From Phoronis australis (taxonomy: Eukaryota; Animalia; Phoronida), in assembly GCA_002633005.1 (NCBI GenBank), contig NMRA01000398.1:8010-72009 (forward strand): DNA of 64,000 bases, in the 5' to 3' direction. The notes beneath the pieces are model-generated. The model was given only the letters and a program-made list of their open reading frames with translations. It was not told where the DNA came from and did not search any database. The translations under genes and the position numbers were made by a program. Positions 39,701-50,600 of the stretch are shown one piece after another (within the stretch, counting starts at the first letter, position 1; each line of letters begins with the position of its first letter).

Positions 39701-40656
39701 TACAGAAGCTGTTACTTATTCAAACTAAAACATTCGAGGTGTTTAAATAAGAGATGTGCCAAAACCTTTGTGATGAGTCATGTTCCCATTTTTGCTTGAC
39801 GTTCTCCTGCAGTCACGATTAACACAATGTAGACGAAAATTAACTGAATTTTAGATCCACAATGACGGTATTCTCATCAATAACATCTGTACCGCAAACA
39901 TACTAGTTGAACGTGTTCCGTACCGGCGTCTTCGCTCGTTCTTCGTGAACCTTGAGTATGCAACTCACTTTTATCGACCCTCTTTATTTACATGGTAAGT
40001 CCGTTTGTATTAAAGACGCCATGAACCATGTTCTGGTGTTAAACCACCAAATTTCTTCACAACTACGCTCGTGTTTCCTCTCCCGATACAACGTCATCGA
40101 GTTCTTATCCTTTGCTTGGTTTGTAGTTAGAAACAGCAAGGAGTGTACACAAAATAAGTACATTTCTTGGTCTGGAATGCCCAGACACTCATACTGAATT
40201 GTCTATTGAAACTTAGCTGCTAAATATTTGAGAAACACAATGATTTCAACAGCCATGATGCTCTGAATAATTCCATGTAGGTCTAAACACAAACCTAAAC
40301 TACGAGACGCATTCGAAGACGAAACCAACCTTCCCAGACATTTAGCACCGGAAGTACACAGCGGGGGATTCTTGTCAACGCAAAGCGACGTCTACAGTCT
40401 CGGCTATGTACTAAGAGACATAATAAACATGGCACCTACAGAAGTCAAGTGGCCAGAAGAGATTTCAAAGGAATTCAAAGCTGTTGTACAAAAGTGCTTG
40501 AACGAAGTCTCAACAAGATGTGCTCTAACTGAAATAATCGAGAAAATTCAAAGACTAGCAACGTCAATTCCGCCCCTTGAAGACGAGTATGGTACGCTAC
40601 TGGATGAGCTTACATTCACTTCATTAGTTGTACGCCCTCACACCTCCAAAACCTAA
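30704..40656 (+). CDS. protein kinase-fold protein, predicted pseudokinase (400-420 aa, 4 coding exons)
   Basis: Exons 30704 (or ATG 30764)-31077, 35197-35569, 39855-39994 and 40281-40656. GT-AG introns in phases 2,0,2 are consistent. Motifs: ACIK, DEIRVM, LQEIHNDGILINNICTANILV, FVNLEYA, HLAPE, QSDVYSLG. Start codon uncertain. Confidence 0.88.
32427..34269 (-). mobile_element. non-autonomous Kolobok-like DNA transposon, copy 2 (1843 bp)
   Basis: TTAA at 32423-32426 and 34270-34273; termini AGGAGAATGCCAC...GTGTCATTCTCCT. Colinear with copy 1. THAP relic MV*CIVPACTNHEAVRKAGISFFRIP at about 33830-34110. Located in a kinase-gene intron. Confidence 0.88.
37345..37590 (-). repeat. interspersed repeat, inverted copy of 16885-17130
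   Basis: Direct reverse-complement similarity to 16885-17130. Confidence 0.8.
38455..38530 (-). mobile_element. tRNA-derived SINE-like head
   Basis: Minus strand ...atGCAGTGGTAAAG...ccgGGTTCGAAACCg has A/B-box spacing. No valid acceptor stem. Confidence 0.5.
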
Positions 40657-41695
40657 GCTCAACGAGACCGAACCAACGAATAGCAGTTTATGTAAAGAAA
40701 TACCAGGTTTTAATGACAGTTTCCAAAAACTCTTATTGATCAAATTACTAAACATAGGCGTGCAAAGCGAGGAGGGGGTGGTGGCAAAGGGGGAATGGAT
40801 GTAAATCTGTTGACGTGTATAAAATGGTGTCGACAGACAATAGGCAGAGGTAAAGTGGGTCTCGACAAGGGGGAGGCGGTGGGACAACCTTGTGGCTTAA
40901 CTGGGTTATTTTTGAAGGAGCAGAGGCAAAACAAGTTGGTGTCGACTGTGTGATTGGGGTCCGCTCGTATTTGTTTTGCCCCTGCACTGAGACAAAAGCA
41001 TACAAATGAGCATAAAAAATTTATTATCCGCTTTCCTTATTTGGTGATATCGTCACTTCTAAAAATCAAGCAATTCAACAGATAAACAAAACACACAGTA
41101 ATAGCGAAGTATGTAGCAACCTGCCGGTTGTCGTCAATCATTTTAAGAAATGAAGTGCCCTTAAAACACAAACCTATAGTTTTTTGCAACATATATATTG
41201 AGCTATGTCGTACGAGTACCCGATGTAGCAGGAGTGTTTGTCCGTCGCACCCAGCTTCCTGCTTGCACGAGCTTTTCAAGGACAGCCAGAAACCAAAGGG
41301 TCGAAAGCCGGTAATCATTTTTCTCATTCATGATTTAGGACTCACCAAGTGGCCAAAAGGACGATAGCATTTCCCAAACATCGTCATACTTGCATGGAAA
41401 GAGGAAGCATGTATTCCCATGTATTGGATCAAAACACAAGGTTCATTATTGGTTAAAACCCCTCGTGCTCCATTTAATTACATGCACGTGCAAGTCGGTC
41501 ACTGAGCTCAGGGGAACATGGACAACAAGAGAACAATGCTTGCTGTTACACCGGGATGACACGTTGCAAACATTAACAAAAATCGATTCCGGTTCCACAG
41601 TTATGGATATAAGTACACGCGTGCGGTTTGTACATTTACGCCTCAATACAATACACCCAGAATGAACTAGTGCTGTGTATTTGACTTTGAAATCA

Positions 41696-44600
41696 TCAAA
41701 ACGGATTAACAACACTCGCCGTGTATGTAGTGTAAGTCCCGAAGGGTGAAACGGCACTTATGGACGCGGTGTAATTCATGCGGTGACGGTAGGTCCAGGA
41801 GGGAATCACGTGATTTGTGTTCAAAGTGGACACCCTGTTATTCACGTTGACTGTTCCAGCGCTTAGACCAATCGAAAGCTCGTATCGTAGATATCCCGGA
41901 CCGGTATAATTGAACACACCATACCAATCAAGATGGACATGACTGGTGACATTGTTTTTATATAGCGTCGGTATTTTTTTGCTTACTTCCGGGGCCCCAA
42001 CGTAAAACGTTACTTTTGTGGTAACCGGGTCACTTTTCAGTCCCCCCTTGTTGAGAGCTCTAACCGAAAGGTTGAGGGATTCCAAAAAGTATTCTTTTGT
42101 GCAAACTGTAACTAGCGCCGGTGCAACTCTTGTTCCGCTCGTTTGGTTTCCAGTGATGTTCGCATGGTGGTATGAGCTAGTAGTTGAGATGGTACCAGCG
42201 GGAGTGGTGACATTACCCATGCTATCCGTTACTGAAGTATCGTTGCTTGCATTACCAGAAGTGGTATACGATTTTGTAGCTGCTTTGGAAGTTGTGGTTG
42301 TTGGTGGTAGCGTAGTTGTTGTAGTTGTCCTATCTGCAGTTGGTGCGGGTAAGTTCTTCTGGTAACAAGAAATATTGAACAGGTCGCTATTATTGATTGG
42401 AAGCTTATCGAGGATAAAATGTGTGTGTTGTGCCAGATTGAAATAGTCCATCAAGACAGATTCACCGGATACTTTCAGCTCGTACGACTGAATACCAGCG
42501 AGGTCCTGAATTCCGGATATGGTTAAGTCTAAGATTCCTGTGTTCGACTGATGTCCGGACAAAGCGCTAAAATACGTCATTGATAAAGGATGGATGGTTA
42601 GTTTACCAGAACTAGTGTTGGATTTCTGAAGAACGATTAGAATTGGGTCACCGACAACAGTGCTTTCCAAACGCGCTTGGCTAATACATCTGAGTGAGGG
42701 ATAAACCTTGGCTCCGTGGCTCACGGTTAGGCCGGACGCAGCGGCAGTGGATGGCGTGTCAGTCTCTGTCCAAGTCAAGATATCAGTGGCGCCATGTAAC
42801 GAACCTGGAATATCGCATATTGAAACTTACCTAAAGGTGAATTACCTTTACTGGAAATATTAACAAGAAGTTTCTAAACCATGTATCGTTATGTTGTACT
42901 CTATCAATGAAATATTGATAGCCCGCGATATGCTTGACTGAAGACATGGGCAATGAAATACGATTTCGTAACTGAAAATTTTGGTTAGCAAAAGCGGCAG
43001 ATGTAACCAGACCTGTTCAAATACCAGTGGTCAGCCCATACACTTTCTCAAACATTTGGTGTCCAAATAACATTACTGTATGAAAGATAAAAAGCACCGT
43101 GGAGCGTTGAAATGCGCCCACCACAGCACTGCAAACGATGTGCTTCTCTGGGTGTTTATAGTATCATAAAATGGCCATCGGATGGCGCAGAATGCACCAA
43201 ATCCGTCCGAATTGAGAAAGTGGTGTCGTCTCTGTAATACAACTGTTTGCCAAATATCATGAGAATAAGCCAAGGAGCTCCTAAGACATACATTTCGAGG
43301 CAAACGTGGAGGGTACATCTATAACCCGATTGGTCTGAAACTCAGAGTCATAGGAACCCATTTGCTAAATTTCACAAAGGGTTAAAGAGATCCATCCGTA
43401 AGCCCAAAAAAGCAAAATTGCCCAAGCAGGCGCAAGAATAGTTGAAAACATCCCAAATCGACGTCATATCAGGAACGCAAACGTCATTTTCATAACTATC
43501 CTTTCAGTGTTTTGGCTGACAAAAATGACGTCAAAAACACGCAAAAAATTATACATGGCCACCAGGTGGTGCAGAAAACATCAAATCTATACGAAAATGA
43601 GAAGGCGTTGTCTTCTCTTAATAGAAACCCATTTGATGAAATTCTTGAAAATACATTAATGCACTCTGAAAATACAGATGCAAGCGCAAAAACATTTTGC
43701 CACTAGGGGGCACAATGTTCTTTGGGTCAGCTCAACACTCGTCAATCTTTGTCTCGATTCCACAAAAATAAATCTTTCAAATTTCTCAAAGTTTCCTCAT
43801 AGTGTTAAGGATATTTGGCCGCAGATTCCAAAAAACAGCTACTATGGGACAACACAGTAGTCTGTCCACCCCAAAAGTCCGCGTCATTCGTGGCCTTTTC
43901 ATCAGGAACCTATCTGTAAGTAAGTTGAAGTAGAATCCGTTCAAATATGGAGTGGCACCATCGCATCGTTATTCAAAATTTGTTTTGCCAAACTTCTTGA
44001 AAAACCATGAAAAAACTCCGAAGACAAAGAGTAAAAGATGAAAAAATTGACATCACGGGGCACACCAAACGTCGGATCGGTCTGAAACTTGTCATTATCT
44101 TTTTTCATCTGCTAAATATCGCAAAGCTCTTGTAAAAAAGGTTGAGGAAACAGAATGGCGGACTTAAAAAAACTGACTCAAAAATTTAAAAAAATGTCCA
44201 CTAGATGGCACAGGTTCGTTAAAGCCATCCTAAAATGGAAAGGTTGTATGAAAACCAGTCAAGGAACTTCAAAGATATAGAGGGAAACTTAAAAAAACTA
44301 AAATTGCTACTAGGGGCAGAGTGGCAGTAAAATCGGTCCGAAACTCGTGGTCGTCTGCCATCTACTTCTGTCAAATCTCGATCATGCAAGAGGTTTAGGA
44401 GATACAGCCGCGGACGCCAGACACCCAGACGACCAAATAGAGATGACGAAAATATGCACCTACATTTAAATATGTGTGCGCATAAAAAGGGTTGGAAGCG
44501 ATGCTAGTGCATGGTACTATTTCACGAAAATCACATTAACTTCCACACGCCAGAAGTTTGTACGTATTTCACATTAGATTAGATGTAAGAGTAGATAAAT

Positions 44601-47600
44601 TTCTGCAAACTGCAAAATCTGTTTAGGCAACAAATGAAACCGTCGGAATTCTGACTTCTTAATAGCGTCTTCAGACAAACATGCTTTGGCAATTGATCAC
44701 GCGACTGTAGGGTCACCGACTCAGTTCTTCAAAAAAATGCGTGTCCATACATCCTGGTGAGATATGTTCAAAATTTTAACTACAATGTTTGGGCCATTAC
44801 TATTTAAGTTATAGCATCATAAATGTTTTGGCCCAAAATAACCCTTTTTGGTTCAAAAAGGTTCAGTTAGTGAAGCTGGTTTAAATCGGCTTCAAAGAAA
44901 AGGAAAGAAAAAAATCTTTATTATTTCTTTGCAGATATTAAACCTCTCTATCAGAAGAAAGTCTTCGCATTTTTGATTTTCCGTTAACCTTCACCGGAGT
45001 GTCAAAATTCGATAACTCTTTTGCCCAATTTTGTGCCTTTGGTTTTTAGCCCATTTTGAGGTGCTCTGGAGGCCAGTTTGCCGGGTGCTGGTGATTTCCA
45101 ATAATAATTTCTATCAGTTTGCTGTCTGACGATGAAAATAAAAAAAATAAAAAAAATAAAAACGGTCTTTTTGTTTGTTTTCAAGCAACAGTCGATAGAA
45201 AGAACATACCACGGCGTATTTTACAATTCTTGACTTCGAACAGTATACAGTTGTATCCCGCAAACCTCATCAAGGTGCTTGATTAATTTTGCAAATATGT
45301 TTCATGGTGATCAAATTAGTCGACGTCAATTTTTAGACAATTATACTACTGATGGCCCTTGGTGGCAGATTCCATAACTAGATTTCATTGGTGATATTTC
45401 ATAAAATGTTGCCAAACGTTTTCATAGAGGAAACGACGACACATGCTTGTTTGAAAACTACGTATCGATATTAATGTTGCATTCTGTTACGACTGTTTTC
45501 TGTTTACTGTTGTACCAGAGGATGACTTTTCATTAATACCGTAACGTTTTAATATGCTGCATTCTAGCGTCGTTTTAATTTGTTTTCCACTTCTTACTTC
45601 TAATTTGGTCGAAAACTAATATCATTTACATGTTTTCGAACGATTGTAACTTGTGCTGCCCCACTAGTGACAGTTTTAACCCCGTCAGCTGCTAAATCAT
45701 GTTGTGCCCGTAATGTAGAAGCACTTGAGTGACAGGCACTTACAACAGTACAAAAAGTGCCTCCGGATTTATCTCGTTTGTCACGTGATGAGTTCTGCAA
45801 AATTATTAGTATCAAGTGTTAATTGGTAGTCATTATATCCCACTTCCTAATCCCATTATGGATTTTTTCTCACTGAATGCAACATAGCTGGTTTATATTG
45901 AAAAATTGTTGTTTTCGTATGCAAAAACGTGTCATTTTTCTTTGTGAACCTTTGAAGACCTATAGGCAAAAACTAAAATATCAAAAAGTGCAAAACTGGT
46001 GATTTTTGTACCGGAGCCACACCGTGATCACATACACAAAATTTAAGCTGAATCTGAATGAAGGCCCCTCACGGGCGGCGCGGCACTGAAAAACGTCGGG
46101 GCTATGCCCCCGCCCCCTGTGGTGAACCGCTCATTGACCATGGGCAGCGCAGCACTGAAAAAAGTGGGAGGGGGTGGCTACAGCCCCCGTCAACAGCCCA
46201 CCTATGGTGCGCCGCCCATGCCCCTACAGTGATTTTTGTGTTTTCTCGTGGAATGGCTTTTAAATTGCTTCATTGATTTCGGAATACAGGAACAGAATTT
46301 GCGAGCCCCATGCAAATAAATTCACGAATGTAGGTTTAGACTTATATCGGTGAAAAATCATGTCTTTTTAAAAAGATTGTCAAAAGTCGTTAACACACAT
46401 TGACTTAACATGGCCATTGGATAAATGAAACTATATGTAAACAAGGTTTGCCAAGAAGTATTTAGAAAGATTTTGACAAAACAGTTACTTGAAATGAAAC
46501 TAAGTACACTTACCAAGTGCCCAAAAGCATTTCTCAGTTTTACTCTCGGCGCGGAAGGTCCACTTGGCACTGATATCAACCGAAGTTGGATTGTTGGCAG
46601 TATACGTCATAGAGATATTAGCAACAGTTGGAGGTAACCAGTCAATCGTTGTTGGAGTTGACACGACGCTGGTTTGCACTCCAGCTTCATTAACTACCAA
46701 TAAAGACACGTAGACTACAAGCCCGTGAGAAACGGACAAGTCACGGAAGATGTTATAGGGTCGTCGGCCAACGTTTTTCAGAGATGCAAGCTGAAGTCCG
46801 CCGGGTGTGGTACCAAGTCCAATTCTTGTATAGCGTATTCTACTCTCAAGATCAGTTAGGCTCCAGTGAACGAATATGCCCGTCAAGCCGACCTGGCGCA
46901 TGGTAAGCGACGCAACTGAGTCAATTAGGGATGTACCGACAGCTTGTTTCAAGCTTATCTTTGTGACATTGACTTCTGACTCTTCCACAAGGCTGAACTC
47001 AATGTTGTCAGCCTCCTCTAACGGTACATCCATGACAAATGTGCATTTCGTTAATTCGTCCGTCAGATGGAGCAAATAAGTGTGGTTGCCTATGTGAATG
47101 TCTGAAAACAGTTGCTTGCATGGCGGTTGTGTCTCTATAAGGAACCTGTAAATAGCAAACGACGGAATGTTGATGAGCTGTGTGACCTTGTCTTGCAATT
47201 TCAATCCAGTACCAACGTCCAGTACAGTCTTATTACCCACTGTCCATGCACCATTGAAGTTATCAAGACTAGCCGAAGAGAAATCGCCGTGGGACAAGAG
47301 ATCGGCGCCTAGCGACGTCACACGATATCCAACGGGAGGTGTATTATCGTATGTGAACGATGGAGATGCTACAATTGTTTCGTGTCCAGCTGCATCTATG
47401 GCCTTCACGAGGACATAGTAAGAGGATCCGTGGTTGAGAGATACCTGTGGTTGTGTGACATGGTTAACGATACCAACGTTAACAAAGCTTTTGGCGTTGG
47501 CGGTCTTATTGTTATCTCCAATGCCCCACTGGTATTCTTTTATGAACGAATGTTTGTCACTAAATCCAATCCAACTAATTTCAAAGGCATCTTCGCTTGA

Positions 47601-50600
47601 CATGAAACGATGATGGTGTCTCCATCTGCCGTTGAATACAGTACCACCCAACGGCGGCTCGTTGTCAACAGTGACACCGTCTGAACTCTTGTTAGCTGTG
47701 AGTCCAACGTTGTTTACAGCTCTGACAGTGACGTAGTATTTGGTACCTTGCGGAATGCTGAGGCCAGTTTTAGCAAATGACGTCGCAGTTCCAACGTCTT
47801 CCATAGGCAAAATGTCGTTTCCTAAAACCAAAGGAAACTAAGTTGAGACAACACAAAGACCCACAACTAATCTAGTTAAAGAAATCGACATGCAACTAAC
47901 ATTTGAAGTGTAAGATGTTATTTCCGCTTCGAATCAGTTTCAAACGTCACAAAGAAAGTGTAATTTGTATTCATATCTTACGAACCGCGACTAATGGTGA
48001 AAAAATCAACACAAAGATTTCCTCGTATGACCTCTCCGGCTACAAAATAAAAGCAGTCATTGAACACCATGGAAGAAAGACGACGGGTGGTCATTATACA
48101 TGCTGTGTTAAATCGTCAGCATGGGAATGGATAAATTTTGACGACTCTACAGTCACAAGTACATCCAAGCCTCCCCTGGATGCCTACATTGCAATATATG
48201 AATTATAAATCAACAAAGGAAATCAACATAAAAATATGGCGCAATTTCAACATCAACGTCGCATATCACATCTGACGCAGCCAAGTCAAGTTATTTTTTG
48301 AAATTCATCCTGGAACGGGAATTGGGGATAGTTAGGCCTATAAAAGATCTTTAACCCAGCCGCAGAGCGTCTAAAGCCGCGCACCGTACCAGTGACTGCT
48401 GGCAACTCATCGGAGACTCAACTTTAACATCCTTCGCCGCAGATATAACAACTCTTGGGCTGTCTCCGGTGAGTCCATTCTTTGTTGAATGATGTTTAGA
48501 TAAATTCCCCGTATGGTAGAGTTTCAGGAAGACGTCAATTTGTTTTAACAATAAAAAAGAAATAATGTAGCATTTCGTAAGCTTAATGATTTCAGTTTCT
48601 CCTGGTATGTATATAATTGAAAGTAAATGTTGTATTAAAACGAACGGCGATTTTGACTGAAAGAAGAATTTCGATGCCAAAATTGAAAACACAAACAAGG
48701 TTGTAACTTATAAAATGTTTTTTAAGGCTCCGAAACATCATCTTAGCTCCCAGTACTTCGTCGAAAACAGGAAATCAATCGAATGAGAACCGACTAAGCA
48801 ATGTTTAATCGATTTTCGTGGACGGGACAGGAACTGAAGCATGTTTTTGGCCACGTTGCAGATTTTCGTCCGTCCCCAGCCCCAAGATTTGAGACAGACA
48901 AAGATGTTCTAAGAACACATTTGGTGTGACAGAGCCCTTTATATTTTTGAAATACGTGTAAACACGCGATCATAAATCTCAATTTACACACTTGATATTT
49001 TGCATTAGCCTTAGTATTCAAGAACCCGAGTGTTTAGAACGTCAGGACTATCCGTAAAGGGGCAAAAGTCGAGTGGGAACGGACTAAGCGTCGCACAATA
49101 TAAATAAGAACAGTTTTGTAGTCGAGGCAAGGCTTAGGACAAATTGGCTTAGGGATGCGTAAGAATCTTGCAAAAAGCAAGACCACAAAAAATCACTCTG
49201 CGTGTAACACGTATGCTGGACACTTGGATAGCCAATTACAGTTATTAGGTGGTTTGTCTATAAAGTTCCGGTCTTTAATTAAAAATAACATTCACTATCT
49301 CCGATCCATAAGCGAAGATTTCCCAATGTAAGTATTTCGCGTTTGTTCATAAATCTGGGAAACGCAGTCCAGCAGTTTCCTCTCGTGTCCACTTTCCACC
49401 CGTTTCGCCAAAAACATTAAAACGTGCTCAAGAACGAGTTTGGTGCTATGTACATGTGCATTAACTTTCACAAACCCTTGGTGTGTATTACCATTTAATT
49501 CTATTTAATGAACATGACACTCTATAGAAAATACAAGGTATTTATGGCTGCGTATTTGGAAAAGGAAAGAGTTATATGTAGGTAATCTTACCTTCCACAG
49601 TTGTTCCGACTATTACTTCATAATGGTGAATACCGCTGTCAGCATCGCTGAAAGTTTCATCCCAGCGTGCATAGATGGCGCTGGTTGATTGTGTGAATTC
49701 AATATCTACGTTGTCAGACACTGAAACGGTATCCCACACTCCGTAACCCCTAGCAACCCTCGGTGGTGTGAAGTCAACACGGACTCCGTCCGACTCAACC
49801 TCAGTATACTCATTTGCGTTCCACCAGAAACGCACGTATAACGAATAATCTTCACCTTGGAGAAGCGCCTTGTTATATGGCAAACAATACACAGCAGTCT
49901 TCACAAGACCGTTGTCAAACACAAACTTTTCCGTGAGAAGATTCAACAAACCAGTGCCCATGCCTTGTGTCTTCTGTCCAAAACCCCAATCGTAGCGAAA
50001 GGCACTGGCCTGGAGCGACCAAGTACCGGCGAGACACTTATCAGAAGCCGTGAAGTCTTTATCATTGTTAATATCCAGTCCGTCGACAACTTTGAGATTG
50101 CCAGGGCCTGCCGTACTTGTACAAGCTTGTACATTGCCATCATGTCTACAGTTGTAAAATGTTCCGCCATATTCACCGCACGAGCAGACTTTCTTGCACC
50201 CAAAAACTACGCAGGAATGTCGCTGAATAAATAAGTTATCGGGTGACACAACTTTAACAGAGGTCTGACCAATATCTGACGTCAAACCAGCCCCATTGAC
50301 TGCGTAAATGGTGATGTAGACCACGTCACCGACATTTACATTACTGGTGAGTGAAAACGTCTCGCTCTGAACTGCGGAAGAGGAATCGTGAGCGACGTCT
50401 GTGGGTTGCAATACATCAAACTTATGATAGTTAGTGCCAAAGGCCACCACATACTTGTCAACACCAGACTGGCTGTCGTAAAATTCCACCCATTCTAAGA
50501 TAGCCGTCGAACCACCGCCTCCATAAGTTAGTGTGTGCCTGAAGTGTCCCAAATGTGGAGGTGTGGAATCCATTAACAAAGGGTTAGATGTCGAAGTAGT

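Noticed and set aside
42018-42365. Val-rich plus-strand ORF and other plus-strand ORFs overlapping large exons (46876-47600, 49857-50234, 56990-57340)
   Set aside because: Antisense shadows of the minus-strand gene.
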